This document shows, piece by piece, positions 12,501-25,376 of a stretch of 64,000 nt of DNA; position 1 is the stretch's first letter; each line of letters begins with the position of its first letter. The notes below the pieces were generated by a model that ran no database searches, had not been told where the DNA came from, and was given only the letters and a program-made list of their open reading frames with translations. Source of the DNA: Hyphochytrium catenoides (Eukaryota > Protista > Hyphochytriomycota); contig FLMG01001570.1 of the NCBI GenBank assembly GCA_900088475.1, positions 62,001 to 126,000 on the forward strand, given 5' to 3'. The position numbers and the translations under genes are program-made.

Positions 12501-15500
12501 TGGGATCACGTAAGGCAATGTCACTTAGACAAGCTGTCCAGCGGAGGGGTTTTTGTGAATCGCGGTAAGTCTTTGACGAGATGGATCTTCCCAGCTCTTT
12601 CTTTTGCTGGCTCTGTGCTGTTGTCTTGCTCCGCTACCGGACGACAGGCAGTCCTCGGAATTACCCTGTGGAGGTTGCTGTCCGTGCTCATCTTGCAGTC
12701 TCCTGTGTCTTTCTGGGTGCAGGCAAGATCTGGTAACTCATAATATGCTTGGCAAGACCTGCTATAAGAATGCGGCAGGCTTCCTTCGCATTCGCGAAAG
12801 CGCAGCTTTGCGTGAAGTTCTGATCGACCCGTTAGATGATACAAGGATTCATCCAGAGAGCTACTTTATGGCAGTAAAGGTTGGCAGAGCCGTTCTTCTT
12901 GTGGTCCGCCTACCTTAATTCCTCATGAGAGTGTCACCGTGATCGCTTGGCTGCCGTCAATACATTCTCCTCTAATGCGAGGCACCTTTGCCATGCTGCT
13001 GGTTTAGTCTGGCTACTTTCTCTTTATAGTCTGCCCTACCACGAACTGCTATAGCCAAATCGAAGTCCCCTACCAACGCGATTTCATCGCTCTTCCATGG
13101 TGTTAACGCAGTAAATGTTCCCTTCCTTTCGCTCTTTCTGCGGTCATCGTTCTTGCTATCAACTCTTTGACAGATCTGTGGCGATGCTAGTGGGAACTCT
13201 GATGTGGACCTCTATGATCCAGTCAAATATCAACAGGTAAGGGAGCGTTTCCAAAGTATTCCCCAACCTTCAAGTTGCGTCTGCCCGGTCCAATCGCCCA
13301 CCTTATCCTCCTTACAAGCTTGTTACAGATCCACCTACACTCGCGTTACTGCTTTTGAAGCTAGGTTTTATTTAGGTTTTCTAATCCGTGCTGCTTCCCT
13401 TACTGCTCTGGCATCGTGTTTCCCTTTCGCGCAGGTCGTGGAGGATGTCATGTTCGACTCCAGTAAGACGATCTCAGCCTTAATCAAGCGCGGAGAGCCA
13501 GGCTGGGATCAAAGGGAGCCTGACGACAAGCTCTCAGAACTTGATCTCAATGCGTACGCTGACGTGATAGAAAGGGAGGTAAGAAGAGGAATATGCAGTG
13601 CCGAATAATTCAATAGCTAAAGAGGAGAGACTGACGCAATGCCGGGGAAATGCTGCCTCTCGCCTATCTTCTCTCGCCGTCCTTCGGCTTCTCCATGACA
13701 GTATAAAGCCCCCAAGAACCTTACCATTTCGGATATAAAGACAGAGTTGCGATTTCCATTCCGAGATCTTCGGCGGCCTTTCTCTCCACCGAGTGAGAGT
13801 GAGCTCTTCTTCCTTCTCACGTCGGAGACCCCCCAAAGTCTTCAGGAGGGGATGATTGTGACTGTTAAAGTTAGAGCGTTGGACGAGGACGTGGTCAGAG
13901 TAGATCTGGATTCCGGCTTGCGTGGTGTCATTAGAAAGGTGAGTCGTATGCTTCATCGGAGTGAAGCATGAAGGCTCGGCGAGGGATGAAGCAGCTCCTT
14001 CACTGTCCAGTTTCTTTGCTAGAGTTTGTTTCTTGCCTCGCCTTCCATGAAACACATCACATACTAAGCTCCCCTATCGCCTCCTGATAGAATATGTTGA
14101 CGGATCGTCAAACGGACTTTCATCTAGAGGACATTGTAGGCTTGGGACAGACAATGGACGCCAAGGTTATTCGAATCAATATGAGACATTTCGAGGTAAG
14201 GTGGACCTCAGCTTTCTACGCTCACTCTCCTCCCTTAGCTCCAAATCTCAACAGTCCTGAATCCACTATTTGTCCCTCTTTCTGCCATCTTCTTAGAAAA
14301 GGTTGATTGTCGGAAGTAGACCCGTCTGTCCACTCAACATTTCCCAACCTTAAGCTTGGGTGCTCCCTTCTGGTGATGCTGGTCCACCCTAACATTCTAT
14401 ACTGCATCTTGGTCTGTCTGCCTGTCTGTACCATCTGTCCGCAGGTCCATCTTTCGACGAGAAGTCAGGACCTTAGAGACCCTCCCAAGTCTTGGGGTGT
14501 GGAGGACCCATGCTTCCGCGCCGATTTGGCTCAGGCAGATTATGAAGAAAAGCGAGCACAGCTCTACAACGATCAGCAGGAGAAAGAGAGGGAAGGCAGA
14601 GGGCCGAAAGGAAAGAGGAAGAAGAGATTAATTTACCATCCAGGTAATGCGAAAAGCCATGGTCCGGGTGCTAGGTCTCCCTGGTCTGGAAGCCTCTAGG
14701 ACAACTAGTGGTGAAGCCATGTTTAGTTCTTTCCTACCCTCTCTCTCTACACTCGGAGCCAATGCGGACACTTTTAGGCCCTTATGATCCTCTCTCTTCT
14801 TTAGTCCTTCCCTTCTTTAAGCTCTGCTTTCCTGCACTCCTGCTACAGCCTTCCAGAACTTCGTCAGCTTCAAGGCTGCAGTGCAATATCTGAAGGAAAA
14901 ACCAGTTGGGGAAGCTGTCTTCCGACCCTCTTCAGTCGGGGAGGATCACCTCACCCTCTCTTGGAAGGTTTTGCCAAACACTTACGTGCATGTTGATGTC
15001 ACAGAGGAGGACAAGGAAAATGAGGACAGTCTAGGGAAGAAGGTAAGAACTCACAGTGACGACATAACGGTATCTCATTGTCCTCGTTGTGGTGTAAGCC
15101 TAAGATACCTTCCGCTTCCATGTGATGTATCCCTATCTGCGCCGTCCTTATCGTCGTACCCTAATGCCTCTCTGTCCACCTGAATCTTCATACCTGTCAT
15201 GCTTTTAGCTGCGAATCAAGGACGAGATCTATGAGGACCTAGATGAGATTTTGGCGCGGTACATCACACCGATGAACGACTTGGTGACAGAGATAACAAG
15301 GCATAACAAATTCGTGGAGGTAGGTCTCCTTTCATGTCCTAGGCACTCTCTGGCTCCTTGGCCATCTTCTGCTTCATTCTACATCTCCTCCACCGCACTG
15401 TCGAGTGCGCAATTAGCCGTTCTGTTCTCTAGTATCGAAACCTCTGTTGCTTCTGGTTCCCCTTGTTGCCCTTGTCTCCTCTCCCCCATATTACCAGGCC

Positions 15501-16738
15501 GTTTATTGGGCCGTAAAAAGCTTGATTCGATAGCTCACAAGAAGACTTTCTCATACGCTACTCTCCGTCTCTCTCGTTGTGACTTGAACTCGAGTAGAAA
15601 TCTCGAGAGGACGTACAAGAGATCCTAGAGGAAGAGAAGAAGCGGGAACCTGCCCGGATCCCATACAGGATTTGCTACAGTGACATCCCAGGCTACTTTT
15701 CATTGTCTTTCCTTCCGGGCACGAAGACTGTTAGACACGATAAGGTAGGAAAAGGATATGCTTTAATGCTTCCATGTCAGAGTCTATTGCGTGGGAATTT
15801 CTTTCTGCTCGATGTCCATCTCTGCCTTACTCATCTCCCTTTCTTATCTGAACTCCGTTACCAACCCGGACTATCGTCAGATTAAGGTAGTCCCCGACGG
15901 GCTTATCTACTATAAGCATGGCGTAGTTCAGAACCAGAAGCCCTTCCGATCTCTCAACCATCTCCTAGCCTACTTCAAGAAACACTTCAACGATCCCGTC
16001 AAGAAGCCGGAAAGGGATCCTCCACTTCCACAGGCGGGAGAAAGGGCTGCGACGAGAGGGAGAGACCGCCCTGCTCCTTACTCAGCGTACGACAGGGAGA
16101 GAGGATCTGAAGGCGGGGGATATAGCCAATCAAGCGACAATCGCCAGCAGCAGAGCAGCTATCGGGACGAATATCGTAGCGGCGGCGGCGCTTATTCTAA
16201 CCAAAGGGAGGGAGAAAGGTGGAGAGAGCAGGTGCGATAGCCAACCTTTTTTCCAAGTACATAGGGGGGTGCTGCTTGTCGTTACGACTGAGTGAAGCTA
16301 ACCTTTGCATTGATTGCTTTTGTTCATCGCTTCTCTTCTTTCACTGGGCACCTCCCCTGCTAAACTAACGTCCTTCAACAGAGCTATAGTGCTGGAGGAG
16401 ACAGAAGCTATGACTCGCGCTATGGCCCCAGCAGAGGGCAAGAAGGAGGTCGGGGATATGACAGCCAACGTGGATATGATGAGGGAAGAGGCTACGACTC
16501 ACGGGGTTACGACGGTGGAAGAGGCTACGACAGAAACTATCAGGGTGGTGGGAGAGATGAAAGAAGATATGAGGGAAGTAGAGGGGGCCATTACGGCGCA
16601 CCGCCGCCGCCGCCACCGCCACCACCAGCTCATTCCTATGAGAGAGGGGACAGACGTGATGGATCTAGAGACAGGCCGCCTTATTCCTCTAGGGACGGCA
16701 ATGATTATGAGCGTAGGGAAAGAGATTACAGGCGATAG
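6547..16738 (+). CDS. SPT6: Transcription elongation factor / histone chaperone SPT6 (roughly 30+ introns)
   Basis: Acidic N-terminus (EELDEEDYDLIKENLG, DEMDDFIVDDD), YEPS..D..IR.SDIPERFQ, YqgF/RuvC-like region (DHRPHLVVV, EFPDYHPNLR), HhH CYKNAAGFLRI / LDDTRIHPESY, S1 (FFLLTSETPQSLQEGMIV), tandem SH2 (GEAVFRPSSVGEDHLTLSWKV; YEDLDEILARYI). ATG at 6547, TAG at 16736-16738. Confidence 0.95.
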
Positions 16739-17262
16739 GTTAGGGACTATCTTTGACAGTGTAACTTGGTGGTCCGTCTACCTTACATCACATACGCCCT
16801 CTTGTCCTTCATCACATTCTTGGCGTTTTATGCCTCTGTATCTCTCATTCTTGTAGCGCGCCCTCTACTCCGCTTACCTCGCTGGATACTGACGTGCAAT
16901 CTTTCTGAGAGCCTTCTACAATCCCCCTCCTTTCACTTCCCAAGAAGCAAGTACAGGGTTAATCGAACATATGGTGCCTAGAACAGGTCATGACCTCTTT
17001 TCTTGTCCGCAAGAGCACCATCACACAATTGACGTCATGACCTTGAGACCTAGAAGCTGCCACAGCTCCCCCTCCTTCCAGCTCGCCTATAACCGTAGGA
17101 GCGCTCTTTATTCTATATTTACACGGCCTTGCGGTAGATCTTTGCGCCTCCAGAACAAAATTATACCGCCGCCTCGCTATACTTTTCTGTCGCTTGTCTT
17201 GGTCTCGAAGTTGGTTCTCTACACTGCGGAGTGTTTTCCAATCGGGCAAAGCCTTGCTCTCA

Positions 17263-17939
17263 CTACAACGTGTCCTGCTTATTTAGTTGGGGTGGTCCCG
17301 AAAGACTTGGCGCGTCTTGAGGTAGGGGCGGCAGGCTGCTAACTCGAGGGTCTGCGTCCAGTTCCCTTCCTTCTGCCGCCGCCATCCTTGGTATCGTGGT
17401 TAGCAAGAGGAGTACGAAAAAAAGGTGGTGACTTGAGTTAGCAGGAGGAAGTACGAGAGGGGCGCCAGGTTTAATAGGACAACGCTAACGCAAAGCAACT
17501 GCGTTGCAACAGGAGATGAAACAGCGACTGCATGCTTTGTGATACAAGCTTGACAAATTGAAAGAAATCATAATAAGGCCTCATGAGGAGATATTTAGCA
17601 GCGGCAACTTTAGTCAATGGCAAAATAAAAAAAAATTCTGAAGGCATAAAGGAAGAGAAATGAATGGTAAACAAAGAAGCCGAATATTGACCACACACAC
17701 GATCATGCACCTCTTGCAGCTAGATACCCTCACCTGTCCAACTGCTCCAACTGGTGGCGAAGATCCGTGGTCTTGTTGAGGATGATTCTCCTGTGGCCCT
17801 TCTTGACGTTCATGTCAACGAGGTCCTGCTCATTAAGCGTTACCACCCCTCTCAATGTATCAAAGCCATCTTGCTCGAAGATCCCTGCATATTCTTCCAT
17901 TTTGATGTTCTTCAGCCAAGACGCAACCTCCGACCCCAT
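17263..17939 (-). CDS. Small SAM (sterile alpha motif) domain protein
   Basis: VASWLKNIKMEEYAGIFEQDGFDTLRGVVTLNEQDLVDMNVKKGHRRIIL is a canonical SAM_1 pattern. The second exon and the stop at 17263 are tentative. Confidence 0.8.
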
Positions 17940-18349
17940 AGAGCCTGTCCTGGTAGAAATTGATGCTACACTTTCGCCGCCACCTCTAAGCGTTCCGTCA
18001 AGTGTATCTAGAAGAGGCGAGCAGAGTCAGATAGAGTGCATGAGGCTAGGGTTATTGACTTCCAGAAGAATCAAGAAGCAAAAGGCTGGGAATGGGTGAG
18101 TCATGGAGACAAAACTAGGACTTTATCTTATTACCAATAAGACCGTCAACACAAAGAGGCTAAGAAAGAAAAGAAATCAGAAGACCGGCAGTCACCTGAT
18201 GCATGGCTGGTGTCCGAGGGTCTTCTGTCTGTCAAGGATTCCGGAGGTTTCACAGAGGGGGCTTCGTTGATAGGGTACGGGACATGAAGCACCGAACAGA
18301 AGAGCATGAGCTAACAGATCACCTGATGCCATCCCAAGACCTTATCTCA

Positions 18350-20428
18350 CTAACCTTGAGAGCGGCTGTCGCCAAATCCTGTCAATGGGATATCATCTTT
18401 CCCATTTTCCGTCAACTCTTCGTGTCCCTCCTCTATCGACTGCATGGCCAGACAGAGGTTAATCAGTTCAGCATTTGGACTAGCTTCGACTCTTCTGGAG
18501 GGTGTTCTTACCTGCAGACGTGCAGCTAATTCATGATGTCCCATCTCAAAGGCACAACGCGAAGGACTCTTCTCCGTCTAGGGATAAAACCGTCAGACAG
18601 TGAAGAAAACAATAGATGGCATAACTTATGGAAGTCCAGACAAGACATTCGGTTTAAAGTAACTACATGCCGTGGAGTCTGGAACTGTGCAATCGCATTA
18701 TGTAAACGTACCAGAGTCAAGGAATGAATAAGCTGAGTTCCCTTTCCCCGTTTGACGAGCCACATCGCGCACTCCTTATGACCCCGAAGAGCAGCGTGAT
18801 GCAACGGATTCCTCCCGAACTGAGGAACACGAGCAGGAGGATGGGGAAGTTGGGAAAGAAAGATACGCACATTGTGTGAACAGGGGCTTGGGCTTCGGAG
18901 ACAGCTACTTACTTTATCTGTGTCACAGAGCTCTTCGTTGGTAACATGCTTCCCAACAGCTTTCAAGACGCTAACATGACCTGCCTTCGCAGCTATATGG
19001 AGAACATTGCAGCCATCCTGTGCCCGAAGGAAATGGTAAGGTACACGTATACAGGATAAAACCCATAAGGAGAAGACACGGGAAAGAAGTCTGATTAGAA
19101 TCACTCCATCGTGTACCTTGTTCCGCATATAAACTATGCGAAATGCGTCATTTACTTCGGCTATAATCTCTTCTAGTCGTGTAACGTCACCCTCTTCCGC
19201 GGCTGTGAGAAAAGCCTAACGGGTAGAAAACAATATAGAAACCTTCAGATTCAGAGCCTGTGCAGATTAGGTATAACAGTGGGATGGCCATACCTGCGTC
19301 CGCTCATGCCACTGCTTAAGAATTGCTGCGCAGCGGATCCGCTGTCTGTCATTAGCCAACTGTAAGGCTGTTTTGTTATCCTATATAGCCCCATGATTAG
19401 CCAGCGTCGACAGAATAATGGGCAAGGGTGCCACTGTTCAGTTCCAGACCCCCAGAGAGAATACACTTACATAGCTCGTGCAGTATACGTCAATGCCTTT
19501 GTGAACCAAGTACTGCACTACCTCCTTTCTGCCTTTTAAGGCCGCCCAGTGCAAGGCGGTACCTCCAAACTGCGAATGAGACGGAAACAACGTGCGGTAA
19601 GCCGTCTCAATAGTTTGAAAGAGGAGGCTACTCCATCATTCATGGATTAGAGTTCAGAGAAATCATCAAGAGGATAGGGCTAGCTCGATTAACGCTGGAC
19701 CAAGCAATTTTCAAGACATGTAGATAGGAACCAGGGGCACAGATAGGAAATAGCCATATTACCTCGTCTATCGCATTGATATTAAGCGCATTTTTGTCTT
19801 CGCCTGCTTCCTCAAGCAGGTACTGGACAACATCCAAATGACCATTGATTGCTGCCGCCGTGTGGGGCAATCTCCCAAGCTGCGATTTAAGAGGCATATT
19901 TGGAAAAAAGCATGAGAAGCAGATCCATTGGCTCTGTCTTGCCAAGGTAAGTTACCCTGTCAGGGACATCCAGCGGTACACCGTTCTGCACAAGATATTG
20001 TACTACTTCCAAATGACCATGGAAGGCCGCATACTGCAACACCGTTTGATGGTCCTGGAGTATGGCCAAAGAAGGAAAGCCCAACATCATTAGAAGCCTT
20101 GTAGAGCAAAGTGGTCATTAACGTACCGAGTCTAGCGCTTCCAGGTCAATGTTTGGCAGCGACATAAGATATTTCACTACTTCCAGCTGTCCAGCAGCAG
20201 CAGCCGCATGCAAGGCGGTGCATCCATTCTACATCAGACCAACCTGTGAGCTTCTAAAGGTCTAGGATAAAAAAGATAGAATCAAATTTCGACGCCTACC
20301 TCATTCGTGAAGTTAGGTTCAACCTTTCCCTCTTCAACAAGCTGCTTCAATGGAGCTATCCTACCACGAAAAGAGTAGCGGAGCAACTCTTCACCTGGGT
20401 CATGCGGCCACTCTTGTTGAGCCATCAT
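18350..20428 (-). CDS. Ankyrin-repeat protein (multi-exon)
   Basis: GCTALHAAAAAGQLEVVKYL, TVLQYAAFHGHLEVVQYLV, LPHTAAAINGHLDVVQYLL, NVLHIAAKAGHVSVL, RNPLHHAALRGHKECAMWLV. Confidence 0.9.
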
Positions 20429-21521
20429 GACCGTCTCCTTCCTGGTCCCTATCGTTCCTTTGTAGCCTGCCAGGGTTGAGTCCTAGATTTAGGCTTCCTA
20501 CTGCGCTTTAGATGCCAGTCAGCACCCTCGGCCTGACTCTCAGACTTCTGGCATATTGTTTCTGCGATAGAGCTCACGCTCTTCCCGTGTAGTACTTAAT
20601 CTAACAAGAAGCTCATTGTTCACGTTCAGGTAAAAAGGCAGATCCCGTGTACTGGCGTAGACGACTAAGCCACGCCAGGTTCACTTTCCTGCTCCTGCTA
20701 TGGTTATTTGATTATCCTTCTTCTTAGCGCCCCGTGCTGCTGATAGATAAACCGTGAATCTCTGTGAGGCACGGCGATCGTCCTGTCTTCATGATGTTTC
20801 CCAAGGCCTGTCTTCCTGTGTTTGTCTCTGTTATTGTTAGAGAGATCTGATGAGAGAGAAAGCGCTGGAGCTTTCAGAAACCAAAAGCTTGTACAAGTAT
20901 AATAAGTAACAAGTAGTTCCTAGTTCCTAGGTACGAGTACTTACGTTCTTTCCGTTCCCGTTTTTCTATAGTAAAAGCTACAGTACAGTAGAGTGTTGAA
21001 AACGCCACTTTGTCCGAACTCAGAATCGGACGGTTGTTTTCCACAGCTTGAACGATTGGAAATAACACGGTTATTAGATGATTGGAATAGCGATTGGCAC
21101 TGCCTCTATTCAGGACAGTAAAAGAACCACTCTTGAGACCGTCTGATGTCTACAGTGTATGAGTAACACATCTTAACACCATTACACCATCCGCTATGTC
21201 GAATAAACTGCGTGTGGATTGGGAACAATACGCGTTACGCTCCTGGGGTAGCTGTGGATAGTATTCCCTGTTCGATTGGGTTGGGTGGTGGTGTGCAGGG
21301 AGCTGTGAATGGAGAAGAGGGAACAGAAAGACGCAGCGGTTCGCATCGCGACAAGGCGCGGTAGCAGCAGTGCAGCGCTCAATAGTTGGGAACGCAGCCG
21401 CAGGAGCTTGAAGATTGGTGGCAGCTTTTCAAACTCTTGGGGCTGCACCGGACAACTATCGGCCTGCCATTGCGTGCTTTAGTGTGGACTGGTAAAGGAT
21501 ATAGCAGACAGCGTATAAGAG

Positions 21522-24500
21522 ATGGACGACTTAGATCTTTTTGGTGCCTTTGATGGGACGCAAACTATCTCTAGCCAAGATTTACCAACACAGCCTTCCA
21601 AAAAGAGGCGTCTAGAAGATAGCGAGCCCGTGGAAGAAGAGAGGACGCTTACGGCCTCAAAGAGGAATGGCGATGAGAAGCAGGGAGCCGATGGTACATC
21701 ATCAATGCAAACAGGCACCTCCGTGAGAGTAACGGAACCGAAAGGCGCTGGAACTGAGAACTCGGGACAGCAGCCAGTGGTTGCCACCGGGACCACTGAG
21801 AAAAATGTCATTGATTTTGTTGCAGTCCCCACAGACTACAAGGGGGAAGAGACAGAAAAAGAAAAGGAGTTCGTTCCTGCCAAGACCTACAAATTCAAGC
21901 TTGATCCTTTTCAACAGAACGCTGTGAACTGCATAGAGCGGAACGAGTCGGTATTAGTTGCAGCACATACTTCCGCAGGCAAAACAGCGGTTGCTGAATA
22001 TGCCATAGCAAAATCTCTTAGAGACAAGCAGAGGGTTGTCTATACATCTCCCATCAAGGCTTTGAGTAACCAGAAGTACCGTGACCTAGCGGAAGAGTTT
22101 GAGGTTAGTTCTTTGTGAACTTGCTCCCCTCTCGACCATATAGAATGCTGACCCCGTTTCTTCATCTAGGACGTAGGTCTCATGACGGGCGATATCACTA
22201 TCAATCCGAACGCCACCTGTCTCATTATGACGACAGAGATTCTGCGTAGTATGCTCTACCGGGGGTCAGAACTCATGAGGGAGGTGGCATGGGTTATCTA
22301 CGATGAGATTCACTACATGCGAGACAAGGAGAGAGGCGTAGTGTGGGAGGAGAGCATCATCCTTCTCCCCAATAAGGTTAGATTTGTCTTCCTCTCAGCA
22401 ACCATCCCAAACTCCGGAGAATTCGCTCGCTGGATCGCACATATCAAGCATCAGCCATGCCACGTGGTATACACAGACTACCGTCCGACGCCATTGCAGC
22501 ATTACATCTTCGCCGCCGGAGGTGATGGGCTGCATTTGGTGGTGGATGAGAAGGGAAAGTTCCGCGAGGAGAACTTTCAAAAGGCAATGGCGGCGTTAGC
22601 TAGCAGTGCAGAGGACGAGATAATGCAGGATGGAGGGAAGAAGGGTCGGAAGGGGAGAAACAAAAAGAGTGGTGGCTCTGACCTTGCTCGCATCGTGAAA
22701 ATGATTATGGAGAGGAACTACGATCCGGTCATTGTCTTCAGTTTCTCTAAGCGAGACTGCGAGGCGTATGCCCTGCAGATGTCAAAGCTGGATTTCAACG
22801 ATGATGCAGCAAAGGAGATGGTTGAGCAAGTCTTCAACAACGCAATGGACTCTCTCTCTGAGGATGACAAGAAGCTCCCACAGGTTGATTCTATTCTTCC
22901 TTTGCTGAAGAGAGGTATCGGCATCCACCATGGCGGTTTGCTTCCTATCCTCAAGGAAGTCATTGAGATCCTCTTCGCGGAGGGCCTTCTAAAGTGCCTT
23001 TTTGCCACGGAAACGTTTGCTATGGGTATCAATATGCCTGCCAAAACAGTGGTGTTCACCCAATGCAGGAAGTTTGACGGCAAGGACTTCCGCTGGATCA
23101 ACGCAGGAGAATATATTCAGATGAGCGGTCGAGCAGGCCGAAGAGGGTTGGACGCGCGAGGTATTGTCATTCAGATGTTGGATGAGAAAATGGAACCTGC
23201 AGTTGCGAAGAGTATTCTCTACGGGCAAGCGGACCCGCTATTCTCGAGTTTTCATCTTGGCTATAACATGTTGCTCAACCTACTGAGAGTGGAGGATGCA
23301 GACCCAGAGTTTATGATCAGGCAGTCTTTCCATCAGTTTCAAAATGAGCAGACAGCTCCAGGGTTAGAAGAAGAGCTGCAAAATTTGGAGGAGCAACTGA
23401 AGGCCATTCAGATAGAGGCGGAGGACAAGGTGGCTGAGTACTACCACGTGTCCAAGCAAATGACCAAGACCGCTGCCGAGATGCAAGCTTTCATTGCCAA
23501 GCCAGAACATTGTGTACCCTTCCTTAATCCGGGCCGACTGGTGCGTATTGAGGACGAAGAGCTCGCGTGGGGATGGGGCGTCATCGTAAACTTCCAAAAG
23601 AAAAATGCTCCGGACAACAAGGGCCTCAGCAGCGATGGGGTGGGCTCTCTTTACGTCGTTCATGTTCTGCTAAACACCGACGACTCTACACCACCCAAGC
23701 CATGCCCTCCTGGGGAAAAAGGGGAGATGAAGGTCGTACCACTGGTTTTGAAGATGCTGAAGAGCATCAGCTCCCTTCGCGTGTATATTCCAAAGGATCT
23801 AAGGTCAGCAGAGAACCGACAAGCGGTTTGGAAGAGCCTGAAAGAGATACAGAAAAGGTTTCCGGACGGCTTTCCTCTTCTGGATCCTTTAGAAGACATG
23901 CAAATTGAAGATGACAACTTCAAAAAGCTTATTCTTCGAGCTGAAGCCCTGCAGAGACGCATGGTAGAAAGCGAGATAGGCAAGGCTCAAGATATCGACG
24001 TCAGAATAAAGCGCTACGACGAGAAGGTGGAGCTGGAGGCCAAGATCAAGCATCTTAGAAAGGAGATCAAGCAGACTAAAAGTATGGTCCTTCGCGACAA
24101 TCTGAAGCACATGAAGCGTGTTCTCAGGCGACTTGGCCATACCGACAGTGAGAACGTCGTGCAACTAAAGGGACGAGTGGCTTGCGAGATCAGCACTGCG
24201 GACGAACTTCTCATCACGGAGCTGATTTTCAACAATGTATTTAACGAGCTTTCGGTGGATCATAGCGTTGCCCTCCTGAGCTGTTTAGTTCATTTGGGCA
24301 AAGGAGATGAGTCAGTGAGAGTTAGAGACGAGCTATCAGGACCCTTCCGGCAACTGCAGGAAGCTGCCAGACATGTGGCCAAGGTCTCCTTAGACTGCAA
24401 AATTGCTATCGACGTCGACGAATACGTCAACCAGTTTACTCCTGACATGATGGAAGTCACACTGGCATGGTGTCGAGGTGCCAAGTTCAGCGAAATCTGT

Positions 24501-24680
24501 AAAATGACAGATATTTTTGAAGGCACCATTATCCGTTGCATTCGGCGGTTGGATGAGCTGCTGAAGCAGCTGTCATCAGCAGCGCATGCCATCGGGAATG
24601 TGGAGCTGGAGAAGAAGTTCTTAGAGGGCTCGAGCAAGATCAAGCGTGACATCATCTTCGCAGCTTCACTCTATCTATAA
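21522..24680 (+). CDS. MTR4: Nuclear exosome RNA helicase MTR4 (SKIV2L2), single intron about 22104-22169
   Basis: [40 protein letters not shown]/arch (WGWGVIVNF), DSHCT ending [13 protein letters not shown]. Confidence 0.97.
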
Positions 24681-25376
24681 AGTGCCTCTAACCCCTTATG
24701 CTAAATATATTATGATGCCCTTGGTTTTATTCTCCACTTTACCGCTATCTATTCCCAATCCGCTATATGGACACGTTTTGTAGGTAGTAGGAAACTGTTC
24801 CCTTATATAAGGTAGCAAGGAAGGCCATCCGCCAAAAGGTGTGATTGGGGAGTTACAAATTTTTGTTGGAAGAAAAACGGTTATGGGGCAATCGCTCATT
24901 GAGAGCTAGGCCAGCACAGAGCAGGACAAAGGCGTCAGAAGCACTGTTCTCTCTCTCTCGTCAGGGCTATCGATAGCGTCCACATCTCTGTTGCACATCC
25001 CAGCGCTCAGCTTTTCTTCTAAAGCGCTGCATTGTATGGAGTACAGAACTTCATCTGGAATCTCCTATTGCCCTTGTCCGAAGTGCCACCGTCATACCGC
25101 AACAGATGCGCTGCTGTCCTTAGCCCACAAGTCTCCTTGCTGCTGGTGAACTTCAGGAATGCTGCCTCATTAGCTCAGTCAAGAGGGTGTTCCAAGCGCA
25201 TTAGCCTCAGCCATCCGCGGTTGGCTTTCCAGACAGAAACATGTGGCTTAAGAGCTAAGGGTCCCGTTGGAACAATTCTATTCAGGAGCTTGAGACACTG
25301 AACCTGTTGGAGGCCTTGTGGTCCAGGTGAGGTAGACGGAGCTACCCGCACAGTCACCGGTGGAGTTGAGGTCAAG

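Noticed and set aside
16314-16856. 180-aa ORF in the ORF track
   Set aside because: Shifted frame of the SPT6 last exon; the RGYD frame is the splice-compatible one.
24840-24890. Sm-site-like AATTTTTG downstream of MTR4
   Set aside because: No U1/U2/U4/U5/U11/U12 signature sequence recognisable nearby.
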